This document shows, piece by piece, positions 9,485-20,380 of a stretch of 64,000 nucleotides of DNA (positions are counted from its first letter, which is position 1; each line of letters opens with the position of its first letter). The stretch covers positions 39,781 through 103,780 of the forward strand of contig JAUYMS010000027.1 of NCBI GenBank assembly GCA_030698625.1. Direction: 5' to 3'. The position numbers and the translations under genes are program-made. The notes under the pieces were generated by a model. It saw nothing but the letters and a program-made list of their open reading frames with translations, did no database searches and was not told where the DNA came from. The stretch comes from Candidatus Omnitrophota bacterium (GTDB taxonomy: Bacteria; Omnitrophota; Omnitrophia; Omnitrophales; Aquincolibacteriaceae).

Positions 9485-10117
9485 CTACAAAAGCCTGCGC
9501 ACAGGCCCAAAAGTTTTGCGGTGCACCGGTGAAGGACCATTACGGCCTAAGCATTTCAAGTGATGCCGGGTCGGGTACCCCTTATGAGTCTTAAATCCGT
9601 ATTCCGGGTATAGCTCGTCAAGATGAACCATCCACGCATCCCGAAAAACCTTCGCCACAATCGAAGCGGCCGCGACACTGGCTGACTTTTGATCTCCCTT
9701 CACGACTGCTTTCTGCGGCACGGGTAAATCTAACGTCATTGTCCCATCCACGAGAATATATTCGGGACTTCGAGACAAACTCATTACAGCCCGCTTCATC
9801 GCGAGTCGAGTGGCCTGATATATATTAATCTCTTCGATCAGCTGTTCGCTAACCACACCCACACCGACCAGGGCGTGCTGAGTAATTTCTGCAAAAAGGG
9901 CCTCGCGTAAGCGAGGCCTTAACTTCTTAGAATCATTAAGTTTACACAAGGGGGATCTTCGGAGAAAGATAACCGCTGCAGCGACCACAGGACCCGCAAG
10001 CGGGCCTCGTCCTGCCTCATCGATCCCCGCCAGCTGCTTCTGACCGATGTTCGCGGCCTCCTCATCGAAGGCGAAGAGACGCTCGGTTGAGTTGATCTCC
10101 AAAATTGACTCCGGCAC
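9485..10117 (-). CDS. rnhB: Ribonuclease HII
   Basis: GIDEAGRGPLAGPVVAAA, DSKKL, AASIVAKV. Confidence 0.97.
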   Translation of the reverse strand: MPESILEINSTERLFAFDEEAANIGQKQLAGIDEAGRGPLAGPVVAAAVIFLRRSPLCKLNDSKKLRPRLREALFAEITQHALVGVGVVSEQLIEEINIYQATRLAMKRAVMSLSRSPEYILVDGTMTLDLPVPQKAVVKGDQKSASVAAASIVAKVFRDAWMVHLDELYPEYGFKTHKGYPTRHHLKCLGRNGPSPVHRKTFGPVRRLL

Positions 10118-10141
10118 CCTCCCCTCCCGCGCATGAAAATG

Positions 10142-10462
10142 TTACAAGCGATATTTCTTTTTCCTCAAACTATAAAGCTTAGCGCGATGCGCCTTGCCTT
10201 TGTGGCTGACGGTGACTTTCTCAACCGTCGGAGAATAGACCGGGAATACTTTCTCCACGACATCCCCGTGCGTTTCTTTAAGGACCGTAAAACTAGCGCT
10301 CACGCCACTGCCACGCCTACGGATGCAGACCCCCTCGAAGACTTGAATGCGTGTCTTTTCTCCTTCTTTGACACGCAGATGAATCTTCAGGGTGTCGCCA
10401 ACGCGAAACACGGGTAATTTTTTTAACTCTGTCCTTTTGTCAAATATATCTGTCGCTTTCAT
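10142..10462 (-). CDS. rplS: 50S ribosomal protein L19
   Basis: FRVGDT...EGEKTRIQVFEG, RAKLYSLR. Confidence 0.97.
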   Translation of the reverse strand: MKATDIFDKRTELKKLPVFRVGDTLKIHLRVKEGEKTRIQVFEGVCIRRRGSGVSASFTVLKETHGDVVEKVFPVYSPTVEKVTVSHKGKAHRAKLYSLRKKKYRL

Positions 10463-11196
10463 TTTCCTCTCCTCTTGCGAAGCGTTTGCGGACCACGCGA
10501 AGCGTGCGTGCCAAAATCATCTAACTTCAGCAGTAAATCAGGCCTTCGGGTACGCGTCATTTCCTCCATCATATGATTACGCCAATTTTGGACCTGTCCG
10601 TGATTGCCCGAGACAAGCACCTCGGGCACTTTCCATCCTCTATAACTTCGAGGTCTTGTGTATTGTGGATATTCGAGATATCCGGATTCAAAGCTTTCAT
10701 GCGTTAGTGACTCTGCGTTCCCTAAAACGCCGGGAATAAGCCTTACAACGGCTTCGATCATGCACAGAGCCGGTGCCTCCCCGCCCATCGTAACAAAATC
10801 TCCGACGGAGATTTCCTGATCTACCAGGTGCTCGCGAACTCGGTAGTCGACCCCCTCATAGTGGCCCGCAATAAACAGAAGATGCTCCTTGCACGCAAGC
10901 TTTCTGGTCCTTTCTTGTGTGACGGGCTGGCCGCAAGCATCAAGCAATATGACCCACGGACTACCTCCGATATCTTCGACACACTCGAAGATCGGTTCCG
11001 GTTTCATAACCATACCGGCTCCGCCGCCGAAAGGCTTGTCATCGGCGGTCTTGTGCTTATCGTGCGTATAGCCCCGCAGATCATGCACGCGAATCTCAAC
11101 CTTGCGCTTCTGTTGCGCCTTATGTAAAAGCGATGCCCCCAGCGGTCCCGAGAAAAAATCGGGAAACAGCGTGAGGATATCAATCTTCATCCCCAT
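10459..11196 (-). CDS. trmD: tRNA (guanine37-N1)-methyltransferase
   Basis: DDKPFGGGAGMVM, GHYEGVDYRV, LEYPQYTRP. Confidence 0.97.
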   Translation of the reverse strand: MGMKIDILTLFPDFFSGPLGASLLHKAQQKRKVEIRVHDLRGYTHDKHKTADDKPFGGGAGMVMKPEPIFECVEDIGGSPWVILLDACGQPVTQERTRKLACKEHLLFIAGHYEGVDYRVREHLVDQEISVGDFVTMGGEAPALCMIEAVVRLIPGVLGNAESLTHESFESGYLEYPQYTRPRSYRGWKVPEVLVSGNHGQVQNWRNHMMEEMTRTRRPDLLLKLDDFGTHASRGPQTLRKRRGK

Positions 11197-11216
11197 GGCA
11201 GTAACCTCAAATGCGG

Positions 11217-11474
11217 TTAAGCGGCAGCCGCTTTGGATTTTCTCTTGAGACGCTTGATTAAGCTATCAACCGTGGGCGAAAGCCGCGCCCCTTCCTTCAG
11301 CCAGTAATCAAGACGATCTTGCTTAAAAAAGATCTTCTCGTCGGCGGGAAGCGGATCATAGTGTCCGATCTCTTCAATGAAACGGCCATCACGCGGTGAA
11401 CGCGAGTCCGCTACAACGACACGCCACTGTTTACGACTTTTAGTTCCAGTTTGCTTCAATCGAATAGTAACCAA
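11217..11474 (-). CDS. rpsP: 30S ribosomal protein S16
   Basis: IRL...VVADSRSPRDGRFIEEIGHYDP. Confidence 0.97.
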   Translation of the reverse strand: MVTIRLKQTGTKSRKQWRVVVADSRSPRDGRFIEEIGHYDPLPADEKIFFKQDRLDYWLKEGARLSPTVDSLIKRLKRKSKAAAA

Positions 11475-11495
11475 AATCTTATCCTCCTTTTTTCC

Positions 11496-12818
11496 TTATC
11501 CTACAGCCTCGAGCTCCAACGCCATACTGCTATCAGATTTTTGCTCAGGCACTTGTTCCTTTTGGCGGCTGATGGCAGCCCCCAATTGAGAAAGCTTTTC
11601 TTCGATACGCTCATACCCACGATCCAAGTGATAGACACGGTGAATCTCAGTCGACCCTTCGGCGACCAATCCGGCGATTACAAGCGCTGCCGAGGCGCGC
11701 AGGTCTGAGGCCATCACGGGTGCACCGCTCAGGCGTTTGACGCCCTGCACGATAGCGCTAGGCCCCTCCAGAAAAATGCGCGAGCCCATGCGGTTCAATT
11801 CGCTGACATGCATGTATCGATCCGGATAAATCTTTTCCGTAATGACACTAATACCCGGAGTAATGGTCATAAGAGCCATCATCTGAGCCTGCAGATCCGT
11901 CGGAAACCCCGGATAGGGGAGCGTCGTCACATTGACGGGTTGCAATCTGCCCGTGCGCCTGACTCGTATACTGCTCTTGCCGCGATCAACGCGGGCGCCG
12001 GCCTGACGTAACTTATCGATAACCACGTTCTGGTGATTCGGATCCGCTTTCTTAACTAACACATCTCCGCCTGTCATTGCTGCCGCAAAGAGATAGGTGC
12101 CAACCTCAACCCGGTCGGCAATAATCGCTGTCTTCGCACCGTGCAGCTTGTTAACCCCTTCGATTTCTATCCTTTTCGATCCGACCCCCTGAATCTTTGC
12201 ACCCATCCTGATGAGAAAACAGGCCAGATCCACAATCTCCGGCTCACAAGCCGCATCCTCGATTGTCGTTTGGCCCCGAGCCAAAGTTGCCGCCATCATA
12301 ACATTAGCCGTGGCCAGCACTGAAGAACCGAACGCCCCGCCCAGATAAATGTCATTTCCTCGAAGCCGCTTATGCATTCGCGCATGAACATATCCATGCC
12401 GTATCTCAGTACTCGCGCCAAGGGCTTCGAGGCCTTTCAAATGCAAGTCAATCGGCCGCGGACCAATGACACAACCACCCGGCAACGAGACTTCCGCGTT
12501 TCCCACGCGAGCGAGCAACGGGCCCAATACGCAAACAGACGCACGCATCGTACTTACAAGTTCATAGGGCGCTACCGGAACCAACGTATTACCAGGTGTG
12601 ATCGTCACCGTCCCGTCCCGGTACTCCCCCTTCGCCCCCAAGGAATTCAGCAAATCAAGCATAGTGCGAATGTCTTTGAGGTTCGGGACATTCTCGATGA
12701 TCGATTCTTGATCCGTTAGCAAGGCCGCTGCCATCATCGGAAGTGCAGCATTCTTGGCCCCAGAGACTTCAACTTCACCTCTGAGCTTTCGTCCTCCCGT
12801 AACAATAATTTTGTCCAT
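11496..12818 (-). CDS. murA: UDP-N-acetylglucosamine 1-carboxyvinyltransferase
   Basis: SGAKNAALP, LPGGCVIGPRPIDLH, PGFPTDLQ, DLRASAAL. Confidence 0.98.
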   Translation of the reverse strand: MDKIIVTGGRKLRGEVEVSGAKNAALPMMAAALLTDQESIIENVPNLKDIRTMLDLLNSLGAKGEYRDGTVTITPGNTLVPVAPYELVSTMRASVCVLGPLLARVGNAEVSLPGGCVIGPRPIDLHLKGLEALGASTEIRHGYVHARMHKRLRGNDIYLGGAFGSSVLATANVMMAATLARGQTTIEDAACEPEIVDLACFLIRMGAKIQGVGSKRIEIEGVNKLHGAKTAIIADRVEVGTYLFAAAMTGGDVLVKKADPNHQNVVIDKLRQAGARVDRGKSSIRVRRTGRLQPVNVTTLPYPGFPTDLQAQMMALMTITPGISVITEKIYPDRYMHVSELNRMGSRIFLEGPSAIVQGVKRLSGAPVMASDLRASAALVIAGLVAEGSTEIHRVYHLDRGYERIEEKLSQLGAAISRQKEQVPEQKSDSSMALELEAVG

Positions 12819-12827
12819 AGTCTCCGG

Positions 12828-13700
12828 CTACACTCCGCGCTTGCGTGCGCTAACAACCCTTTCAACGCCCCGGAGATCTTTGAAGCTCCGAAGATCCTCA
12901 AACCCACGACTTAAAAGCTGGATAACGGGCGCACTCTGCTCAAAACCCACTTCTAAAAACAACCGGCCCCCAGTCTTTAAAACATCCGGGGCCTTCTTCG
13001 CAATACGACGGTAACAATGAAGGCCGTCTATGCCCCCATCCAGAGCGACGTATGGCTCATAAAAAAGTTCTGCGGAAAGCCTGTTCCAATCGCCGTCCGC
13101 TATGTACGGCGGATTTGAAACAATCGCATCCCACCTTGCGCCGTTAAGTCCTGAAAATAAATCGGCCTGTATTAACCGACCGCGGCGCTGCAGATTATAA
13201 CGACTTAGGTTCTCTCCCGTAATACGCAGAGCTTCGCGAGAAATGTCTAAAAACGTCGCCTCGGCGTTCGTATAATGTCTGAGCAAAGCAATTCCTACGG
13301 CTCCGGACCCCGACCCCAGATCAAGAAATGAAAACGAGTCGTTTTTATCAAATCCTGACACTGCAAGAAATTGCTCGACCAAAATCTCGGTCTCGGGCCG
13401 TGGGACCAGACACTCCGGACCCACCTTCAGGGTTTCATTATAAAAATCAGCCGTGCCAATCAAATAGGCCAGGGGCTCCCCCAACCTACGGCGGCGAATC
13501 AAACCGGCATATTGCTCCGCTACGGGTGCCGCCACAGGGCCCGCTGACCTTAGGTACAGGCTGGCGCGGTCCGCGCCCAATAAATTCCCCAAAAGATACT
13601 CGGCGTTGCGACGCGCCTCTTCGGCGACTAGGCAAGCCAATTCTCGCCGTCCCCAGGCCAGTAACTCGTGAACCGTCATGTCTGCAACAGCTGTCATCAT
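12828..13700 (-). CDS. prmC: Release factor glutamine methyltransferase
   Basis: PRPETE, LDLGSGSG, SNPPYI. Follows prfA. Confidence 0.95.
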   Translation of the reverse strand: MMTAVADMTVHELLAWGRRELACLVAEEARRNAEYLLGNLLGADRASLYLRSAGPVAAPVAEQYAGLIRRRRLGEPLAYLIGTADFYNETLKVGPECLVPRPETEILVEQFLAVSGFDKNDSFSFLDLGSGSGAVGIALLRHYTNAEATFLDISREALRITGENLSRYNLQRRGRLIQADLFSGLNGARWDAIVSNPPYIADGDWNRLSAELFYEPYVALDGGIDGLHCYRRIAKKAPDVLKTGGRLFLEVGFEQSAPVIQLLSRGFEDLRSFKDLRGVERVVSARKRGV

Positions 13701-13774
13701 AATTGATAGACACTATAAAATAATATAATAAAACAACTTACGGACTTTTTCGGGAGGGCTGGTGATGAGTCGCA

Positions 13775-14854
13775 TTAAGCAGCATCTGTCAGCTTGCGAG
13801 CCCTCTCGTCCTGCTCAAGGGCCTGGACGACTTCGTCTAAATAGCCGTTTAAAATATCATCCAGGCTATGCAAAGTCAAACCGATTCGATGATCCGTAAC
13901 CCGTTGATCTGGAAAGTTATACGTACGAATTTTTCCCGATCTGTCTCCGCTCCCCACCTGCTCTTTACGTTCCCGCGCCTTTTTATCATGATGAGCCTGC
14001 CGCTGAGCTTCAAAGATGCGGGCCCGCAACACGCGCATGGCCTTGGCTTTGTTTTTGTGCTGGGAACGTTCATCCTGACAGCTAACGACAACGCCTGTCG
14101 GGAAATGCGTTATGCGGACCGCCGATTCTGTTTTGTTAACATGCTGTCCGCCAGCCCCGGAAGCCCGAAAGACGTCGATCCTTAAATCTTTCGGATCGAT
14201 TTCTACGTCCGTCTCGTCAGCTTCAAGCAAGACCGCAACGGTTACGGCTGATGTGTGAATGCGACCGTTGGACTCCGTTTGAGGAACACGCTGGACCCGA
14301 TGAATTCCGCTTTCATATTTGAAAGCGGAATAAGCGTCTTTTCCCGAAACACCAAAAGCAATTTCTTTGACTCCGCCCATCCCGGTAAGACTCGACGACA
14401 TAATTTCAACCTTTAAACCGTGAGACTCGGCATACTTAGAATACATCCGGAACAAATCCGCTCCAAACAGCGCGGCTTCGTCTCCCCCCGTACCGGCGCG
14501 AATCTCAACAATCACATCACGGTTAGCATTGGGGTCCGAACCCTTTAGGAGGAGTCTCTCCAACTCACCCACCAACCCCTTGCGCCGAGTTTCAAGCATC
14601 TGTTTTTCTTCCTTATAGAGGGCCTTCATATCTGCATCCGCATCCTTGTCTTCGGCCGAACGTCCGATTTCCTCAGCTTCCCGGTTAACTTTGCTGTACT
14701 CGCGAAAGGCCTCGACGATAGGACGCAAACCAGAAAGCTCCTTGACCAACTTCTGGTACGTCGTTTGATCCTTCTGCGCAGACGGATCACTAAGGAGATG
14801 CTCAATCTCCTCGAGCCGCGCCGCCGCCTTCTTTAGTCGTTCCAGAAAAATCAT
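13775..14854 (-). CDS. prfA: Peptide chain release factor 1
   Basis: [23 protein letters not shown]. Confidence 0.98.
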   Translation of the reverse strand: MIFLERLKKAAARLEEIEHLLSDPSAQKDQTTYQKLVKELSGLRPIVEAFREYSKVNREAEEIGRSAEDKDADADMKALYKEEKQMLETRRKGLVGELERLLLKGSDPNANRDVIVEIRAGTGGDEAALFGADLFRMYSKYAESHGLKVEIMSSSLTGMGGVKEIAFGVSGKDAYSAFKYESGIHRVQRVPQTESNGRIHTSAVTVAVLLEADETDVEIDPKDLRIDVFRASGAGGQHVNKTESAVRITHFPTGVVVSCQDERSQHKNKAKAMRVLRARIFEAQRQAHHDKKARERKEQVGSGDRSGKIRTYNFPDQRVTDHRIGLTLHSLDDILNGYLDEVVQALEQDERARKLTDAA

Positions 14855-14858
14855 TCGG

Positions 14859-15191
14859 TTACGATTTAGGTTTTTCCGGTTTGGGCAAATCTTTCTTGTC
14901 CGCAGACTTCGACTCCGCGACAGCTTTTTTCAATAAAGCTTTAATCGACGGCCCTTGCGGCTTTTGCTTTTTCTGCGACCCGAGAACGACCTTTCCGCCA
15001 AACTTTTTATTCAAACGATCGATACGGCCCGCGGTATCTAAAAGCTTTTGCTTCCCCGTAAAAAACGGGTGGCAGGATGAGCAGACGTCAATCTGGATCG
15101 GCCCCTCGATCGTACTCCGCGTCTCGAACGTAGCCCCGCAAGTACACCGAACCGTGACGACATCGTATTTTGGATGTATCTCTTGTTTCAT
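14859..15191 (-). CDS. rpmE: 50S ribosomal protein L31 (Zn-binding type) with Lys-rich C-terminal extension
   Basis: [26 protein letters not shown] 15191 follows the RBS. Confidence 0.95.
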   Translation of the reverse strand: MKQEIHPKYDVVTVRCTCGATFETRSTIEGPIQIDVCSSCHPFFTGKQKLLDTAGRIDRLNKKFGGKVVLGSQKKQKPQGPSIKALLKKAVAESKSADKKDLPKPEKPKS

Positions 15192-15217
15192 TTTCTCTTC
15201 TCCTCTCAAGAATTTAT

Positions 15218-15247
15218 AAAGAAAGGGGCACAAAAAATTGTGCCCCT
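15218..15247 (-). terminator. Intrinsic terminator after rho
   Basis: AGGGGCACAA-N4-TTGTGCCCCT 10-bp perfect stem followed by TTCTT on the minus strand. Confidence 0.7.
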
Positions 15248-15266
15248 GTAACTCGTACGGATATCG

Positions 15267-16697
15267 CTAAGAGTTAACTTTACTCATACTGAGCAGAAAC
15301 TCCGCATTACTCTTCGTCTTACGCAGACGGTCAACCAAGAGCTCCATCGCCTCAGCGGGGTTCAGCTCATTCAAGAGCTTCCTCAGCAGCCAAACGCGCT
15401 GCAATTCATCAGGATGCATCAGCATGTCTTCTTTCCTGGTATTAGATTTCTTAACGTCAATAGCAGGGTAAATACGCTTCTGGAAGAGATTGCGATCCAA
15501 CTGCAGCTCTAAGTTACCCGTCCCTTTAAACTCTTCAAAAATAACATCGTCCATGCGCGATCCGGTATCAATCAAAGCGGTCGCAACGATGGTGAGACTT
15601 CCGCCTTCCTCAATGTTGCGGGCCGCACCAAAAAAGCGTTTCGGCTTGTGCAGCGCGTTAGAATCCACACCGCCGGAAAGAATCTTTCCTGAGTGCGGGA
15701 CGACGGTATTATACGCACGCGCCAAGCGCGTGATACTGTCGAGCAAAATGATAACATCTCGCTTATGTTCGACGAGCCGCTTGGCTTTCTCCAGAACGAT
15801 CTCGGCGACCTGAACGTGCCTCTCGGCGGGTTCATCGAAAGTCGAAGCGATCACCTCTCCGCGAACACAACGCTGCATGTCGGTTACTTCTTCGGGACGC
15901 TCGTCGATCAATAACACGATCAGATACACTTCCGGATTATTCGCCATGATACTGTTGGCAATTTTCTGGAGAAGGATTGTTTTACCGCTGTAAGGCGGCG
16001 CCACAATCATGGCACGCTGGCCATAACCGATCGGTGTCAAAAGATCCATAACGCGCGCGGAAACCTCCTCGGGAGTGGTTTCCAAGATAATCCGCTTATC
16101 CGGATAAATCGGCGTCAGGTTATCAAAGGGGATCTTGTCACGCATTCCTTCCGGATCCTCAAAATTGACAAGCTCCACTTTGAGAAGCGCGAAATACCGC
16201 TCTCCCTCTTTGGGAGGGCGAATCTGTCCGCTCACATTGTCGCCCGTGCGCAGATTAAAGCGACGGATCTGACTTGGGCTGACATAAATATCGTCCGGTG
16301 ACGGCAAATAATTATAATTCGGCGATCTCAAGAAGCCGAACCCGTCTTCCAGGATTTCCAGAACACCCTCACCGAACATCAATCCGGATTGCTCTGCCTG
16401 GCCCTGTAGAATTTTGAAGATCAGGTCCTGTTTCTTGACGCCCGTCACGGAGGTCACTTTTACCTTCTTCGCGACTTCGTGCAGCTCGCTGATCTTCATT
16501 TTCTTCAGCTGACCGACATCGAGCTTATCCCCCGATTTGCCCGGTGGCCTGTCGAGGCCCTGATCGGTATCCGGACGATCCGAACCAACCCTTGGGGGTT
16601 GGGCCATCGGTTGCTGTGGACGCCCTCCCGAGTTATGCCGCCTGTGAGGACCTGAATTGTCGCCCCTTTTTGGATTATGTGTTTTTTCTCTTACCAT
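15267..16697 (-). CDS. rho: Transcription termination factor Rho
   Basis: [38 protein letters not shown]. Confidence 0.99.
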   Translation of the reverse strand: MVREKTHNPKRGDNSGPHRRHNSGGRPQQPMAQPPRVGSDRPDTDQGLDRPPGKSGDKLDVGQLKKMKISELHEVAKKVKVTSVTGVKKQDLIFKILQGQAEQSGLMFGEGVLEILEDGFGFLRSPNYNYLPSPDDIYVSPSQIRRFNLRTGDNVSGQIRPPKEGERYFALLKVELVNFEDPEGMRDKIPFDNLTPIYPDKRIILETTPEEVSARVMDLLTPIGYGQRAMIVAPPYSGKTILLQKIANSIMANNPEVYLIVLLIDERPEEVTDMQRCVRGEVIASTFDEPAERHVQVAEIVLEKAKRLVEHKRDVIILLDSITRLARAYNTVVPHSGKILSGGVDSNALHKPKRFFGAARNIEEGGSLTIVATALIDTGSRMDDVIFEEFKGTGNLELQLDRNLFQKRIYPAIDVKKSNTRKEDMLMHPDELQRVWLLRKLLNELNPAEAMELLVDRLRKTKSNAEFLLSMSKVNS

Positions 16698-16702
16698 TGT
16701 AA

Positions 16703-17329
16703 TTACGCTGCTCCTTTCGGCGACAGCTTGAGATCTTTCCAGATCTCTTCGACCTGACGCCTGGTTTCTTCTAAAGTTCCGGAGTTGTTCACAACTTTAT
16801 CAGTCCGTTTTAGTTTTTCTTCCAAAGACATTTGCACTTTCGACCTGCGCCGAAACTCACCGCGCGAAATCCCGCGTTTCTTCAAACGCGTCAACACCGC
16901 TTCTTCATCGGTTTTCACCACAACCGAATGGTGACAGTGAAGATGAAACCCCGTTTCAAACAGCAGCGGTATCTCCAGCACGATCACCGAAGCATCGGTT
17001 TGCCCAATCTCCTCGGCAATCCTTTCGAACACATAAGGGTGGATAAGTCCTTCTAACTCCTTCCGCTTCTTATCATCGCGAAAAATGACAGCCGCGATCT
17101 TGTCCCGGTTCAGCGCTTTATCTTCCCGCGCTTCGGGGATAAGCGCGCCGATCTTGTCGAACACCGGGCTTTCTCTGCGCAAAGCCTCATGCGAAAGACC
17201 GTCGGCATCGATCGTGCACGCCCCCATCTCGGCAAAAATCTCGGCAATTGAACTCTTGCCTGCCGCATACCCGCCAGTCAAACCGATCACCACTTTTCGG
17301 GGTTCTCCGTTGCCTAATTTTTGTACCAC
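16703..17329 (-). CDS. coaE: Dephospho-CoA kinase
   Basis: [28 protein letters not shown]. Follows polA. Confidence 0.95.
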   Translation of the reverse strand: MVQKLGNGEPRKVVIGLTGGYAAGKSSIAEIFAEMGACTIDADGLSHEALRRESPVFDKIGALIPEAREDKALNRDKIAAVIFRDDKKRKELEGLIHPYVFERIAEEIGQTDASVIVLEIPLLFETGFHLHCHHSVVVKTDEEAVLTRLKKRGISRGEFRRRSKVQMSLEEKLKRTDKVVNNSGTLEETRRQVEEIWKDLKLSPKGAA

Positions 17330-20031
17330 GACTCACCGCAAAAAACATCGACCTTGAGTGGAACCTTCAGCTCGTAGACCCCTTGCATCTCTTCGCGCAC
17401 AAGCATTTCGAGTTTTTCTCTTTCTGCCGGGGGCACATCAAAGACAAGTTCGTCGTGGACCTGAATGGTCATGAGGCTCTCGAGAGCTTCTTTTTCAAGT
17501 CGATCTTGAATGGCGATCATTGCCAATTTAACAAGATCGGCCGCCGTGCCTTGAATCGGCGCGTTGATCGCAGCGCGCTCGGCAAACTGACGAATCTGCA
17601 TATTCCGCACATTAATTTCCGGGAAATACGCGCGGCGCCCGAGCAACGTGGTCAAATAGCCTTGCTCTCTAGCCTTTTCTTTTTGCGCCTCGAGAAAATC
17701 GCGCACCTGGGCGTACCGATTAAAATAATTTTCAATAAAACCATCGGCCTCCGAAATCGAAATCTTCAGATCCTGCGACAGACCGTAAGCGGTCTTTCCA
17801 TAAATAATGCTGAAGTTGATTGTCTTGGCGACATTCCGCATTTCACGCGTCACTTCCTCTTCGGGAATACCGTACAACAAAGTCGCCGTAAAACGGTGCA
17901 CATCCCGATCTTCGTTGAAGGCTTTCGTTAAATTTTTATCTCCCGAAAAGTGGGCGAGAATCCTAAGCTCGACCTGCGAATAGTCGGCCGCAAGGAGCTG
18001 ACCGGCCTTTTTCCCGAATGAACGCGGCACAAAGGCCTTACGGACAAGCCGTCCGGTTTCCGTCTTGATCGGGATATTCTGAAGGTTGGGGTCCGAACTC
18101 GAAAGACGCCCTGTTGCCGTTGTCGTCTGATGAAAAGAAGTGTGAATTCGCTTCGTCTCGGGATTCAGCATCGCCGGCAAAGCTTCCAAATAAGTCGATC
18201 TCAGCTTCGCATTTTCCCGGTAATCGAGAACCTTGCGAGGTAGCTCATAATCGGCAGCTAGTTTCTCGAGCACGCTAACATCGGTAGAATAGCCGGTCTT
18301 GGTTCGCTTAATTATAGGGAGCTGCATTTTGACAAAGAGAATTTCGGCGAGCTGTTTGGTGGAGTTTATGTTGAATTCATCCCCCGCCTCACTCCAGATC
18401 TCCCGGGTCAGGCGTTCGAGTTCTCCTAGCGCATCATCGGAAAGTTTTTTCAAAAACTTGAGGTCCAGACATACGCCGTTGATTTCCATCTTTGCCAGGA
18501 CCATCGCTAAAGGCATTTCAACATTGCGGAACAACTCCGATAGAGCATTTTGCTCAAGCCTCTTGCTCAAGAGCGGCACGAGCCGAAAAACACAATCAGC
18601 ATCCTCGCAGGCATACGTCGAAATGATTTCGAGCGGCACTTCAGCCATCGTAATCTGCTTCTTCCCCGTCCCGATAAGAGAAGCCGTCGGAATCTTTTTG
18701 ATATTCAGGTATTCGAGCGAGATATCATCCAAGTTGTGATTCAGCTTGAGCGGGTTAATGAGGTAGCTGGCGATCATGGTATCAAATGCGATTCCATTCA
18801 GTTCAACGCCATGGCGCCTAAGCACTATCCAGTCATACTTGATATTCTGCCCGTACTTCTTGTGTTCACTGCTTTCCAAATTTACTCTGAGCTTTTCAAG
18901 CACTTCGTCCACGTTGATGCCTTCGGCTCCGTGATGAGTCGATGAAACCGGGATGTAAGTCGCATGAAGCGGCTTCCACGAAAAGCTAAGCCCCACCAGG
19001 TGTGCGCGCATCGGATCGCTGTCGGTGGTTTCCGTATCAAAGCTGTAAGCCGGAACCTTTGCGAGTTCCCGGGCAAAGGCCTCCAGTTCCTTTTGGGTGG
19101 TGATCGTAGTGTAGGCTCGGCCCTTTTCCTCTTCTGCACCCGAAGAGACAACTTCCTTGAGCATTCCGCGAAACTCATAGCGCTTCAGCAGATCTGTGAG
19201 CTTTTCTTCATCGGGCGGATCGATAGTCATCTTTCCCCACTCGAAATCCACCTTTACATCGGTATCGATGGTGACAAGCTCCTTGGAACGCTCGGCATCT
19301 TCTTTGTGGTCTGCGAGCAATGTCCTTTGTGACTTTGACTTTATCTTGTCCAGGTTGCGATAGAGGTTTTCGACCGAACCGAACTGCTGAATGAGCTTGA
19401 CTGCCGTCTTCTCTCCGATCCCCCTTACTCCGGGAATATTGTCGGAGGTATCTCCCATCAGGGTCATGATATCAATCACTTGATCCGGCCCAAGACCGCC
19501 ATAGCGTTTGCGCACGGCATCCGCATCAAAAATGACGTCATTCTTGTTCGGATTCAAGATTTTGACCCTATCATTAACCAATTGCATCGCATCCTTGTCG
19601 CCGGTAACTAAGTAAACGTCAAACCCCTCTTTAGCGCCCTTTGCCGCCAGGGTTCCCATGACGTCGTCCGCCTCAAAACCGGCCATTTCGTAAAGCGCAT
19701 ACCTATGCGCGCGGCAGAACTCTTTGATCGGCTCTATCTGATCCGCCAAATCATCGGGCATGGGCTTTCGGTGCGCCTTGTAGTCCTCATACATTTCGTG
19801 CCGGAAAGTCGGCTCCTTGCGGTCAAAACAGATCGCAAAGTAATCCGGATCATGGTCAGCCACTAACTTGCGCATCATGGTGATAAAACCGTAAATCGCA
19901 TTCGTCGGCTCGCCCTGTGAGTTGGACAAAGACTTTATGGCAAAATAGGCCCGGTAGCAAAAGGACATGCCGTCGATTAAGAAGAGCTTGGGTCTCGCGA
20001 CTTTTGTCATTTCAGATTTAGGTGTTTTCAT
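17314..20031 (-). CDS. polA: DNA polymerase I (start uncertain: 20010, 20031 or 20076)
   Basis: LIDG..YRAYF 5'-exonuclease, FDTET 3'-exonuclease, TGRLSSSDPNLQNIP, DYSQVELR, QVHDELVF. Confidence 0.98.
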   Translation of the reverse strand: MKTPKSEMTKVARPKLFLIDGMSFCYRAYFAIKSLSNSQGEPTNAIYGFITMMRKLVADHDPDYFAICFDRKEPTFRHEMYEDYKAHRKPMPDDLADQIEPIKEFCRAHRYALYEMAGFEADDVMGTLAAKGAKEGFDVYLVTGDKDAMQLVNDRVKILNPNKNDVIFDADAVRKRYGGLGPDQVIDIMTLMGDTSDNIPGVRGIGEKTAVKLIQQFGSVENLYRNLDKIKSKSQRTLLADHKEDAERSKELVTIDTDVKVDFEWGKMTIDPPDEEKLTDLLKRYEFRGMLKEVVSSGAEEEKGRAYTTITTQKELEAFARELAKVPAYSFDTETTDSDPMRAHLVGLSFSWKPLHATYIPVSSTHHGAEGINVDEVLEKLRVNLESSEHKKYGQNIKYDWIVLRRHGVELNGIAFDTMIASYLINPLKLNHNLDDISLEYLNIKKIPTASLIGTGKKQITMAEVPLEIISTYACEDADCVFRLVPLLSKRLEQNALSELFRNVEMPLAMVLAKMEINGVCLDLKFLKKLSDDALGELERLTREIWSEAGDEFNINSTKQLAEILFVKMQLPIIKRTKTGYSTDVSVLEKLAADYELPRKVLDYRENAKLRSTYLEALPAMLNPETKRIHTSFHQTTTATGRLSSSDPNLQNIPIKTETGRLVRKAFVPRSFGKKAGQLLAADYSQVELRILAHFSGDKNLTKAFNEDRDVHRFTATLLYGIPEEEVTREMRNVAKTINFSIIYGKTAYGLSQDLKISISEADGFIENYFNRYAQVRDFLEAQKEKAREQGYLTTLLGRRAYFPEINVRNMQIRQFAERAAINAPIQGTAADLVKLAMIAIQDRLEKEALESLMTIQVHDELVFDVPPAEREKLEMLVREEMQGVYELKVPLKVDVFCGESWYKN

Positions 20032-20380
20032 GGAATCCACGGAAGCCACAGTTAGTTCACTCTCCTCGGGAAGCAACCTTCCATCGCTAGCGCTGAGACA
20101 AACCCCCTAGCGGGAAAACCACCCTCTCATGCACATGTAAAACACGTCGTCCATGATTAGCGCGGTTTTGGAAAGTATGATCCTGCAGTATTTATCGTAA
20201 TATGGGATTTCAGGGATTATCGCGTCGCTTGCGTGGGCCCTCGCCCCTCTTCATGGGAACGGGTGAACAAGTGAGGCGTGGATAAATCTTAAACCTAAAA
20301 GCGACAACAAGATACCCAAATTGAGGCATCAGGTCAACTGTTTTATTCGTATCTGGGCTGCTAGGAATGTTAGTTTAGAA

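Noticed and set aside
20077-20380. About 300-nt gap between polA and pilT as a possible ncRNA (6S-like)
   Set aside because: No convincing long stem or conserved RNA motif found by eye. An Rfam scan is needed.
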